The translations under genes were made by a program, and so were the position numbers. The notes below the pieces were generated by a model. It was not told where the DNA came from and made no database searches. It was given only the letters and a program-made list of their open reading frames with translations. From the NCBI GenBank assembly GCA_002734065.2, contig NVXU02000044.1, positions 1,678 to 65,677 of the forward strand: a stretch of DNA of 64,000 nt, written 5' to 3'. This DNA comes from Fluviicola sp. GTDB lineage: Bacteria; Bacteroidota; Bacteroidia; Flavobacteriales_D; Crocinitomicaceae. Of this stretch, positions 8,904 through 17,409 are shown one piece after another; position 1 is the stretch's first letter, and every line of letters starts with the position of its first letter.

Positions 8904-9044
8904 TGAGAATGTTTGGTGCTAAATTAAGAACTATTTTGGGAAGGGGGGATAAGCAAAACAGAACTCGCAGCATTACAAATGCAACGAAGCGGGAGTAGGG
9001 GCTTAATCTTTAGTGATTCGTTTCTTCATTTTTTTAAGTCGGTT

Positions 9045-9377
9045 TTACATCATTGAAAATATATTTAATAGAAACAATAAACCGGCAACAATTAGAATAA
9101 CAAGATTTAAGCTCTTCCAAAATTTACTCAATAGTTTACTAAAGCTTATGCCGCTTAAAACAATTGCTATGGCACACAAAAGAATACCAAGTATGGTTGT
9201 ACTCCATCTGCCACCAAGAAATTCTGGAAAATAAGTTTTAAAAATAGTTACTCGCTCAAATTGAGTCGTTCCTAAATCGAAAACGTAAATCCACAACCCG
9301 TATATCGAAACGGGAATTAATAGGCACATCAAACTAATTAATGTTGCTATTTTAAACTTAGTTTGATTTAAAGTCAT
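9045..9377 (-). CDS. small polytopic membrane protein (hypothetical)
   Basis: 110 aa with 3-4 hydrophobic helices. Confidence 0.55.
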   Translation of the reverse strand: MTLNQTKFKIATLISLMCLLIPVSIYGLWIYVFDLGTTQFERVTIFKTYFPEFLGGRWSTTILGILLCAIAIVLSGISFSKLLSKFWKSLNLVILIVAGLLFLLNIFSMM

Positions 9378-9650
9378 TAATTAATTTGAATATCCGTACT
9401 GTAAATATAGCAAAATTTCCACCAATTTTTATTCCAAAACCTCCTTCTCCACCACCCCTCTTTTCTTCTAAAAAGTTCGATTTTTTACTCCAAACACCAA
9501 ACACTCAAAAACCTACTTTTTTTTGCTTTTTGAAACTCAAATTCTCCGTATTCAAACTAAAAAACACGCCTCATTCATAAAGTTGACCTTTATCATTCTC
9601 TTCTGCCCAAAAAATGCCGTTCTTTGCACTGAAATTTATATTTTATTGGT

Positions 9651-10907
9651 ATGACTTGGTTAAAAAAAGAACAAGGAGAGATTAAGGAAATCGTTTTTGA
9701 TGCGCTAAAAAAGAACACCAATTATGCCAAAGAAGAAATTCTTGGTGTGCCTGCATCGTATTTAGATTCTCGTGTTTTTTCGCAAGATGATCGTATTTTA
9801 GAGGATGCTCCTTTTCTGTCAACCTTGGTGCAGAATCCCAACCATATTGGTTGTCATACCTTAGAGAATTCTGAAAGTTTCTTCAAAGGAACGCATTCCA
9901 TAGAGCGCGATGTAATTGCGATCTGTGCAGAAGATATTCTCCACGCAAAACCAGATTCTTATGACGGTTACGTCGCTTCCGGAGGAACGGAAGCCAATAT
10001 TCAAGCGATTTGGATTTATCGAAACTATTACCTTCAAGAGAAAAAGGCAAAACACGAAGAGATTGCTGTTATTTGCAGTGAAGATTCTCACTATTCTATG
10101 GATAAAGCGGCTAATCTTTTAAACATCGGCATTTATAAGGTAAAAACGAATGACGTTGACTTCTCCCTTGATGCAAATTCTATCCAAAAGCAACTAGAAA
10201 ACGCAGCGAAAGAAGGTCGAAAATATTTTATCGTTGTGGTCAACATGATGACGACAATGTTCGGTTCTGTGGATGATTTTCAATTGTATGTCGATGCTTT
10301 TGAAAAGAAAAAATTGCCTTTTAAAATGCACGTTGATGCTGCTTTTGGAGGGTTTTATTTTCCGTTTTCTAACCCTAAAAATCAATTAAATTTTGCCAAT
10401 AAACACATCGATTCTGTCACTTTAGACGCTCACAAAATGGCACAAGCACCTTATGGGACGGGGATTTTTCTTGCCAGAAAGGGGTTGATGCGCTACTCTA
10501 CAACTATGGAAGCTAGTTATGTCGAGGGCGAGGACAGCACTTTGATTGGTTCTCGATCAGGGGCAAACGCTATTTCTATCTGGATGATTCTGTCAAAATA
10601 CGGACCAAACGGTTGGATAGAAAAGGTTTTTATTCTTCAAAAAAGAACGGATTGGTTATGTCAACAATTAGACGAAATGAAAGTTGAGTATTACAGAAAT
10701 GAATTCAGCAATATTGTGACCATTAAGAGTCGTTTTTTGACAAAAGAACTGGCTGAAAAGTACGGTTTAGTGCCAGACAATCATCATTCTCCAAAATGGT
10801 ATAAAATTGTGGTCATGGATCATGTTGAAATTGAGAAAGTTCAGCCTTTTTTAGATGAAGTTAGAACGTTAGAGTGTAGGGGTTCGCGACCAACCCCTAC
10901 ACTCTAA
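9651..10907 (+). CDS. PLP-dependent group II decarboxylase (MfnA / glutamate-tyrosine decarboxylase-like), substrate unknown
   Basis: SGGTEANIQA motif, PLP-lysine context LDAHKMAQAPYGTG; last 15 codons lie inside the 10861..10915 palindrome. Confidence 0.8.
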   Translation: MTWLKKEQGEIKEIVFDALKKNTNYAKEEILGVPASYLDSRVFSQDDRILEDAPFLSTLVQNPNHIGCHTLENSESFFKGTHSIERDVIAICAEDILHAKPDSYDGYVASGGTEANIQAIWIYRNYYLQEKKAKHEEIAVICSEDSHYSMDKAANLLNIGIYKVKTNDVDFSLDANSIQKQLENAAKEGRKYFIVVVNMMTTMFGSVDDFQLYVDAFEKKKLPFKMHVDAAFGGFYFPFSNPKNQLNFANKHIDSVTLDAHKMAQAPYGTGIFLARKGLMRYSTTMEASYVEGEDSTLIGSRSGANAISIWMILSKYGPNGWIEKVFILQKRTDWLCQQLDEMKVEYYRNEFSNIVTIKSRFLTKELAEKYGLVPDNHHSPKWYKIVVMDHVEIEKVQPFLDEVRTLECRGSRPTPTL

Positions 10908-10915
10908 CGTTCTAA
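10861..10915. terminator. 24-bp perfect inverted repeat with 7-nt loop at the junction of two convergent, overlapping genes
   Basis: ttagaacgttagagtgtaggggtt-cgcgacc-aacccctacactctaacgttctaa; both stop codons (10905-07 plus strand, 10904-06 minus strand) lie inside the right arm. Confidence 0.75.
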
Positions 10916-12499
10916 CGCTCTAATTGCCTCTTGCACATCGACATCGTCTTTCACACGGACCTGGTAGTAACCTTGTTCTACCCATAATTGTCGTGCTATT
11001 TCGCCTTTGATTGTTTCTTTGATTAGCTTTTTACTGATGGCTAAATCTTTCGCGTTTTTCTCCACTTTGGACTCTTCTTCTGCAAAAACCACAAACTGAT
11101 TGAGAATGTTGTCCGTCACTGTAAACTCCCTGTCAAATGTTTTAACAGACGCCCATTTTGTTCGCTTATCTTGCACAAAATCGAAGGCAAATGTTGTAAA
11201 AGCCGAAGAATAACGAAGATTGGTGAAATACCAACTGTTTCCAAGTGTGTCCAGTGGAACGAATACGTCCGGCATGATTCCTCCGCCTCCATAAACCACT
11301 TTTCCGCCAGGTGTCACAAACTTTAAGGAGTCTGGAAATTTAGTCGAATCCATAGCATACAATTCTCCGTTCTCGTACCTGTTCATTTGGTCGCTGTAAT
11401 AAGCATCCAAGTCGTCTGTGTAAGGTTTTTGGATGCATCTTCCGGTGGGAGTGTAGTATCGAGCAACGGTCAATCGAAGGTTACTTCCGTCCCTTAACAT
11501 CATGTCTTCTTGCACCAAACCTTTGCCAAAAGAACGTCTTCCAACAATAATTCCTCGGTCATTATCCTGAATGGCTCCTGCCAAAATTTCTGAAGCCGAT
11601 GCACTGTTCGAATTAATCAAAATGGCCAACTCAACGTCTTCGAGTCCCCCTTTTGGAGTGGCACGATACACATAATCCTGAGAATGTTCCCCTTTTGTCT
11701 CGACAATGGCAATATTTGTTTTTAAGAATTCATCTGCGACTTCTGTTGCTCCTGTAAGAACTCCTCCTCCATTAAATCGAAGGTCAATAATGAGTTTTTT
11801 TAGACCTTGCTTTTTCAAAACGGAGGTGGCGATAATGAATTCTTCAGAAGTTGCCACGCTGAACTGGTCTATTTTAACATAACCTATAGATTCGTCTATC
11901 ATAAATGATGCAACGACAGATTCTACCGGTATTGAGCCTCGAATGACTGATTTTTTCAATTTTTTGCTTCCTCGGAGAATAACAAGATTGACTTTCGTAC
12001 CTGCGACGCCTTTAAGCATGCCCATTACTTCATCGTTTTTTATCGCAATCTCTGTGATGACTGTGGTGTCCACCTGTAAAATTTTGTCGCCTGCTTTTAA
12101 TCCTGCATTTTCTGCAGGAGAATAGGGAAGAACGTTGGTTACCGAAACAGTGTCACGAATAATAAAAAAACGTATGCCAACTCCACTAAATTTACCTTCG
12201 ATAGACTCATTCATTGCTTTTAAATCTTCCGCAGGGATATAATTACTGTGCGGATCTAAGGTGTGCAACATATCGCTAATCGTTCTCTCGAAAATTTCTT
12301 CCCCATCGACAGATTCTACATATCGTTCATCCAAAAGGTGAATAATCTCTTGTATTTTTTGATACCTAACTTGTCCTCCGCTTTTTGTCAAATAAACCTC
12401 TTGTTGAGGGGCTAATTTCTTGCCCAACAACAACCCAACGGCTAAAAAGCACGCCATTACGATTGGAATGAGGTATTGATTTTGCTTATTCTGCATCAA
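10904..12499 (-). CDS. carboxy-terminal processing peptidase, family S41, with PDZ domain
   Basis: PDZ (GLKAGDKILQVD), catalytic Ser region NSASASEILAGA and Lys region FGKGLVQ. Confidence 0.9.
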   Translation of the reverse strand: MMQNKQNQYLIPIVMACFLAVGLLLGKKLAPQQEVYLTKSGGQVRYQKIQEIIHLLDERYVESVDGEEIFERTISDMLHTLDPHSNYIPAEDLKAMNESIEGKFSGVGIRFFIIRDTVSVTNVLPYSPAENAGLKAGDKILQVDTTVITEIAIKNDEVMGMLKGVAGTKVNLVILRGSKKLKKSVIRGSIPVESVVASFMIDESIGYVKIDQFSVATSEEFIIATSVLKKQGLKKLIIDLRFNGGGVLTGATEVADEFLKTNIAIVETKGEHSQDYVYRATPKGGLEDVELAILINSNSASASEILAGAIQDNDRGIIVGRRSFGKGLVQEDMMLRDGSNLRLTVARYYTPTGRCIQKPYTDDLDAYYSDQMNRYENGELYAMDSTKFPDSLKFVTPGGKVVYGGGGIMPDVFVPLDTLGNSWYFTNLRYSSAFTTFAFDFVQDKRTKWASVKTFDREFTVTDNILNQFVVFAEEESKVEKNAKDLAISKKLIKETIKGEIARQLWVEQGYYQVRVKDDVDVQEAIRALER

Positions 12500-12923
12500 A
12501 TGGATTTTCTATTTGTTGAACCTCAATTCCCGCATTTTCTAGGAAATCAACGCCACTTCTATCTTTATATTCATTGATATAAACGATCTTTTTGATGCCA
12601 GATTGCACAACCAACTTGCTACATTCTTTGCAGGGAGAAAGTGTAAGATATAGCGTGGATCCTTGGCAGTTGTGCGTTGATTTTGCGACCTTTAAAATAG
12701 CGTTTGCTTCTGCATGCAAAACGTACCATTGCGTTTCGCCTTGCTCATTCTCACAACAATTATCAAAACCACTAGGCGCGCCATTAAAACCGTCAGAAAT
12801 AATCATTCCGTCTTTAACGATAATTGCACCGACTTGTTTTCGCTTGCAATGCGAGAGTTCTGACCATGTTTTGGCCATTCTCAGGTAGGCTTTATCGTAT
12901 CTTAATTGTTTGTTCGTTGTCAT
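12486..12923 (-). CDS. dCMP deaminase (ComEB family)
   Basis: HAEANA zinc motif and PCKECSK; 145 aa; 14-bp overlap with downstream protease gene. Confidence 0.88.
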   Translation of the reverse strand: MTTNKQLRYDKAYLRMAKTWSELSHCKRKQVGAIIVKDGMIISDGFNGAPSGFDNCCENEQGETQWYVLHAEANAILKVAKSTHNCQGSTLYLTLSPCKECSKLVVQSGIKKIVYINEYKDRSGVDFLENAGIEVQQIENPFDAE

Positions 12924-12958
12924 CGAAAATTAAACTTGGTGCAAAAATACTAATAAAG

Positions 12959-13239
12959 TTTAGATACGGACGGTGTCCTTTAGACCGCTTCTCTTTTAGA
13001 AACATTCATTCGCACATTTCGACAGGCTCAATGGTCGCGAATTCATTTTTAGACACGCCTTCGGCTCTTAGACTTGGTTCTTGGTGAAAGTTTTAGTTGT
13101 GATTTTTTATTCATCACCTTAGGAAGCCGAGCAATCAAAGCGAGATTAATCTCCCTAAAAGAAAACCAAGTCTAAGAACCGCGGTCATCGAGAGAAGCCG
13201 AGATGAAGGCGTGTCTAAAGGACGAAGTCCGTATCTAAA
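12959..13239. repeat. ~280-bp nested imperfect inverted-repeat element built from TTAGAC-type units
   Basis: Three nested perfect pairings: 12959-12971/13227-13239 (13 bp), 13048-13062/13205-13219 (15 bp), 13067-13079/13164-13176 (13 bp); TTTAGA/CTTAGA words at 12959, 12979, 12995, 13048, 13067. Confidence 0.8.
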
Positions 13240-13282
13240 AGCGACGAAGGAGCGTGTCTAAGAATGAGCGTAGCGAATGTCT

Positions 13283-13963
13283 CTATTTAACGAACTTATA
13301 CCCCACTCCTCTTATCGAATGAAAAAACTTCGGGTTTTTAGGGTCTTCTTCAAACATTTTGCGAAAATTGAGGATGTAATTATCAATTGTTCTGGTTGTT
13401 GGAAATTGATTTTCTCCCCACAAACGGTCTAAAATCTCATCTCGGGAGACCACTTCTCCTTCTTTTTCCAAAAACAATTGAATCAACGCAATTTCTTTCT
13501 TCGAAAGAGTTTCAATTTCCTGTGTTGAATTATTGGTGACGTTATACGTCTTAAAATTGACCGTTTTCTGACCAATAGAGACTTCTTTTATTAATTCTGG
13601 CTCATTTAGACCAACAAGTGCGGCAACTCTGAGCAATAATTCTTCTAAATCGAATGGTTTTGGCAGATAATCATTGCCCCCTGCTTTTAAGCCTTCTATT
13701 CTGTCCGTAGTTGTGCCTTTCGCCGAAAGAAAAAGTATCGGAACCTTGCTTTTGGTTCTAATTTGCTTGCACAAATCAACGCCATTGACAATTGGCAACA
13801 TCACATCTAAAATAATTAAATCAAATGGAATGTCGTTCTCAAAAAGTGAACGAGCAACACCTCCGTTGTCAATTAATTTGACCTCGTACCCTTCTAATTC
13901 AAGGTTGAATTGTACGATTTCACCTATGCTTTTTTCGTCTTCTACGACACAAATTTTATGCAT
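13283..13963 (-). CDS. OmpR/PhoB-family response regulator (no adjacent histidine kinase)
   Basis: Receiver domain (ICVVEDE, LIILDVMLP, KPF) plus winged-helix output (RGVGYKF); start moved to MHKICVV (13963) to avoid overlap with yoeB. Confidence 0.9.
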   Translation of the reverse strand: MHKICVVEDEKSIGEIVQFNLELEGYEVKLIDNGGVARSLFENDIPFDLIILDVMLPIVNGVDLCKQIRTKSKVPILFLSAKGTTTDRIEGLKAGGNDYLPKPFDLEELLLRVAALVGLNEPELIKEVSIGQKTVNFKTYNVTNNSTQEIETLSKKEIALIQLFLEKEGEVVSRDEILDRLWGENQFPTTRTIDNYILNFRKMFEEDPKNPKFFHSIRGVGYKFVK

Positions 13964-13973
13964 GTTTTCTGTT

Positions 13974-14228
13974 TCAATAATGTTTTCTGCACTGAAGAAT
14001 GATGACACTTCCATCCTCAACTTTATACACTAATCTGTCTTCTAAGTTAATTCTTCTTGACCACCATCCAGACAATGAGTGTTTCAATGCCTCTGGATTG
14101 CCAATTCCTTCAAAAGGTGTTCTTTTTATCTCTTTTATCAACTTATTGATCTTTTTAACGCTCTTTTTGTCGTGCTGTTGCCAATACAAATAATCCTCCC
14201 AAGCGTTTGTTAACCAAATGATTCTCAT
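13974..14228 (-). CDS. yoeB: YoeB/Txe-family toxin (mRNA interferase)
   Basis: 84 aa; AWEDYLYWQQHDKK ... RRINLEDRLVYKV ... CRKHY typical of YoeB. Confidence 0.9.
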   Translation of the reverse strand: MRIIWLTNAWEDYLYWQQHDKKSVKKINKLIKEIKRTPFEGIGNPEALKHSLSGWWSRRINLEDRLVYKVEDGSVIILQCRKHY

Positions 14229-14476
14229 TCTGCCAAAGTTCTTTCTTTACCACCACCTTTTTTATACTCTTCAATTCCCTCTTGCAAACGCATCGCGTTT
14301 TTAGGACTGCTTAACAAAAACAAGGTCTCTTGCATCGATTCATAGTCTGATTTTGACAAAACAACCACGTCTTCCCCGTTAGACCGAGTTACAAACAAGG
14401 GACTATGATTGGTGAGAACCTTGTCTAAAAAGGACTTTAAATTTTGTCGAAAACTGCTATATGTCGTAATATCCAT
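14225..14476 (-). CDS. yefM: YefM/Phd-family antitoxin
   Basis: 83 aa; N-terminal Phd/YefM fold sequence (SFRQNLKSFLDKV ... VVVLSKSDYESMQETL); 4-bp overlap with yoeB. Confidence 0.88.
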   Translation of the reverse strand: MDITTYSSFRQNLKSFLDKVLTNHSPLFVTRSNGEDVVVLSKSDYESMQETLFLLSSPKNAMRLQEGIEEYKKGGGKERTLAE

Positions 14477-14506
14477 CTCTTTAATTTAAAGTAAAGATAA
14501 GTAATC

Positions 14507-14534
14507 CAAACCTATTGTACAAGAATTTGTACAA
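14507..14534 (-). promoter_or_regulatory. yefM-yoeB promoter with paired TGTACA operator hexamers
   Basis: Minus strand reads TTGTACAAATTCTTGTACAATAGGTTTG. That gives -33 TTG, a 17-nt spacer and a -7 box TAGGTTTG (TAnnTTTG). The two TGTACA cores (plus coordinates 14516-21 and 14528-33) are 12 bp centre to centre. Confidence 0.6.
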
Positions 14535-14608
14535 TTAAATGCGAAGATCTCTCCCTTTTCGTTCATAACTATATCGTTTTTGTTCATTTAGTTTTCTTAA
14601 AAAAGATG

Positions 14609-14616
14609 TACTTTTG
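14609..14616 (+). promoter_or_regulatory. candidate Bacteroidetes -7 promoter box for purH
   Basis: TACTTTTG matches TAnnTTTG, 35 nt upstream of ATG 14651; no well-spaced -33 TTG seen. Confidence 0.45.
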
Positions 14617-14650
14617 CACTTTCAATTTAAAAAAAACAAACACCACAGAA

Positions 14651-16180
14651 ATGAACGGTAGTAAAAAGATTAAATCAGCATTAATTTCAGTTTTCGACAA
14701 AGAAGGATTAGGTCCAATTGTCCAAGAGTTACACAAAAACGAGGTTGTTATTTACTCAACGGGGGGAACGCAGAAGTTCATTGAAGAACTTAAAATTCCA
14801 GTTGTTCCCGTAGAAGAATTAACGTCTTACCCGTCTATTTTGGGAGGTCGTGTAAAAACATTGCATCCAAAGGTTTTTGGTGGAATTCTTACCCGCAGAG
14901 ACAACACATCTGACCAAGAACAGATTGCAGAATTTGAAATTCCAGAATTGGATTTAGTGATTGTTGATTTATATCCTTTTGAAGACACGGTTGCTTCTGG
15001 TGCAGATCATTCTGACATTATAGAGAAAATAGACATTGGTGGAATTTCGTTGATTCGTGCTGCTGCAAAGAATTACAAAGACGTTGTTATTATTCCGTCT
15101 AAGAATCAATACGCAACTTTCTTGGATATTATTTCGGAGAATGCTTGTGAAACTACTTTGGGAGAACGAAAAGATTTTGCAAGAGACGCTTTCGATGTTT
15201 CTTCTCATTACGATTCGCACATATTCAGTTATTTTAACAATGGGAAGAAAGAAACCTTCAAACAGAGCATTTCTAACAACCAAACCTTAAGATATGGAGA
15301 GAATCCACATCAAAAAGGTATTTTTCATGGTGATTTAGACGCTATTTTCGATAAATTATGGGGAAAAGAGCTTTCTTACAACAACTTATTGGACGTGGAT
15401 GCAGCCGTTAATTTAATGGGAGAATTTAAGAACGACGGACCAACATTTGCCATTCTTAAACACAACAATGCATGTGGCTTAGCAACAAGAGAAACCATAC
15501 ATCAAGCTTATGTAGATGCTTTGGCAGGAGATCCTGTCAGTGCTTTTGGCGGCATTCTAATTAGCAACACCCGATTAGACGTTACTACCGCAAATGAAAT
15601 CAGTTCTTTGTTTTGCGAGGTTGTCATTGCTCCTTCTTACGAAGCTGAAGCAATCGAAATTCTGAAAGGAAAGAAAAATAGAATTATTCTTGTGCAGAAA
15701 GAAGTTGAAATGCCAAAAAGACAATTCAGAACCATCTTGAACGGTGTTCTTGAACAAGACAGGGACCTTGTTTCTGAAACGAAAGAAATGCTGGAGAGCA
15801 GAACGGATGCAAAACCGACAGAAAACGAAATAGAAGACTTATTATTTGCAAACAAGTTGGTCAAGCACACAAAATCCAACACTATCGTAATTGCAAAAAA
15901 CAAGCAACTTTTAGCGAGCGGAACAGGCCAAACTTCTCGTGTCGATGCCTTGAATCAAGCCATACATAAAGCACAAACGTTTAAGTTCGATTTGAACGGT
16001 GCCGTCATGGCATCTGATGCCTTTTTCCCCTTTCCGGATTGCGTAGAAATTGCAGGAAATGTTGGTGTAAAAACAGTCATCCAACCAGGAGGTTCTATCA
16101 AAGATCAATTGTCGATAGATTATTGTAATTCCAACGGAATTTCAATGGTTTTTACAGGGATTCGTCATTTTAAGCATTAA
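14651..16180 (+). CDS. purH: bifunctional AICAR transformylase / IMP cyclohydrolase
   Basis: Full-length PurH-like sequence (ALISVFDK, TLHPKV, GGISLIRAAAKN); start placed at MNGSKK because ATG 14606 overlaps the -7 box. Confidence 0.95.
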   Translation: MNGSKKIKSALISVFDKEGLGPIVQELHKNEVVIYSTGGTQKFIEELKIPVVPVEELTSYPSILGGRVKTLHPKVFGGILTRRDNTSDQEQIAEFEIPELDLVIVDLYPFEDTVASGADHSDIIEKIDIGGISLIRAAAKNYKDVVIIPSKNQYATFLDIISENACETTLGERKDFARDAFDVSSHYDSHIFSYFNNGKKETFKQSISNNQTLRYGENPHQKGIFHGDLDAIFDKLWGKELSYNNLLDVDAAVNLMGEFKNDGPTFAILKHNNACGLATRETIHQAYVDALAGDPVSAFGGILISNTRLDVTTANEISSLFCEVVIAPSYEAEAIEILKGKKNRIILVQKEVEMPKRQFRTILNGVLEQDRDLVSETKEMLESRTDAKPTENEIEDLLFANKLVKHTKSNTIVIAKNKQLLASGTGQTSRVDALNQAIHKAQTFKFDLNGAVMASDAFFPFPDCVEIAGNVGVKTVIQPGGSIKDQLSIDYCNSNGISMVFTGIRHFKH

Positions 16181-16275
16181 TTTGCAACTTTCTTTACAAT
16201 TTTGCGTAAATTAAGTTCTATTTGAGCAATAAATAGACTATTATTACAGAACATCATAACGTGTAGATTAAAATT

Positions 16276-17301
16276 ATGGGATTATTCAGCTTCTTAACGC
16301 AAGAAATTGCAATCGATTTGGGAACGGCAAACACGCTTATCATTATGAATGATAAGGTGGTTGTTGACGAACCTTCAATTGTTGCAAAAAACATCCAATC
16401 TGGAGAAATTGTTGCCATTGGCAAAAAGGCACAACAGATGCATGGAAAAACCCATAAATTGATTGAAACTATTCGTCCTCTGAGAGATGGTGTAATTGCT
16501 GATTTCCAAGCTGCCGAACAAATGATTCGAGGAATGATTAAGATGATTGGAACAGGTAAAAGCTTGTTCAATCCTTCTTTGAGAATGGTTATTTGTATCC
16601 CTTCTGGCATTACAGAGGTAGAAAAAAGAGCCGTTAGAGATTCTGCCGAGCATGCCGGAGCAAAAGAAGTTTATTTAATTCACGAGCCAATGGCAGCAGC
16701 TATCGGTATTGGAATTGATGTGGAAGAACCAATGGGAAACATGATCATTGATATAGGCGGTGGAACCTCAGAAATTGCCGTTATCGCATTGGGCGGAATT
16801 GTTTGCGACAAGTCCATTCGTGTTGCGGGTGATGACTTTACCAGTGATATTGAAGATTATATGCGACGTCAGCACAACATTTTAGTGGGTGAACGAACAG
16901 CAGAAGAAATTAAAATTAACGTAGGTGCTGCATTGCCAGAACTTGAAAATCCACCAGAAGAATATGCCGTTCAAGGTCGTGATTTAATGACTGGAATACC
17001 TAAAGAGATTATCATTACCTATACAGAAATTGCTCATGCGTTGGATAAAACCATTTCAAAAATCGAAGAGGCAATTCTTCAAGCATTAGAAATGACTCCT
17101 CCTGAACTCTCTGCCGATATCTTCAAAACAGGTATCTATTTAGCAGGTGGCGGTTCTATGTTAAGAGGTTTGGATAAACGAATTTCCATGAAAACAAAGC
17201 TCCCTGTCCACATTGCAGAGGATCCGTTAAGAGCAGTTGCAAGAGGGACAAGTATCGCCTTGAAAAATATTGACAATTTCCTTTTCTTAATTAGAGATTA
17301 A
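16276..17301 (+). CDS. mreB: rod shape-determining actin homologue MreB
   Basis: IAIDLGTANT, EPMAAAIG, IDIGGGT motifs; followed by mreC-mreD. Confidence 0.97.
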   Translation: MGLFSFLTQEIAIDLGTANTLIIMNDKVVVDEPSIVAKNIQSGEIVAIGKKAQQMHGKTHKLIETIRPLRDGVIADFQAAEQMIRGMIKMIGTGKSLFNPSLRMVICIPSGITEVEKRAVRDSAEHAGAKEVYLIHEPMAAAIGIGIDVEEPMGNMIIDIGGGTSEIAVIALGGIVCDKSIRVAGDDFTSDIEDYMRRQHNILVGERTAEEIKINVGAALPELENPPEEYAVQGRDLMTGIPKEIIITYTEIAHALDKTISKIEEAILQALEMTPPELSADIFKTGIYLAGGGSMLRGLDKRISMKTKLPVHIAEDPLRAVARGTSIALKNIDNFLFLIRD

Positions 17302-17409
17302 GTTGAGCAAGAGGTTTGAGTCTTGAGCAAGAGAACTTAGTATTGAGTCGAGTGAAAACTCTTACTCTAAAGCCTTGCTCAATCCTAAAAAGATTTACTA
17401 CTTTTACTT

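Noticed and set aside
8985-9005. Partial GTAGGGGC word resembling the palindromic element core.
   Set aside because: No complementary arm nearby. It may be a decayed copy, but the evidence is too weak to annotate.
12824-13087. 87-aa ORF running into the nested inverted-repeat element.
   Set aside because: It starts antisense within the dCMP deaminase gene and continues through repeat DNA. No coding character.
14606-14650. Upstream ATG for purH given by the ORF track. Similar upstream extensions exist for nadD (28546), KMO (49368), the response regulator (14020), fbp (GTG 62226) and the type-A-CTD protein (TTG 59772).
   Set aside because: The extensions overlap neighbouring genes or candidate -7 promoter boxes and add non-conserved residues. 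Internal ATGs give canonical N-termini or signal peptides.
17302-17409. Word repeats (ttgagcaagag twice, ccttgctcaa inverted) between mreB and mreC that resemble a complex hairpin.
   Set aside because: The stems are short and interrupted. This is probably just an intercistronic attenuator or terminator-like hairpin, not distinctive enough to call.
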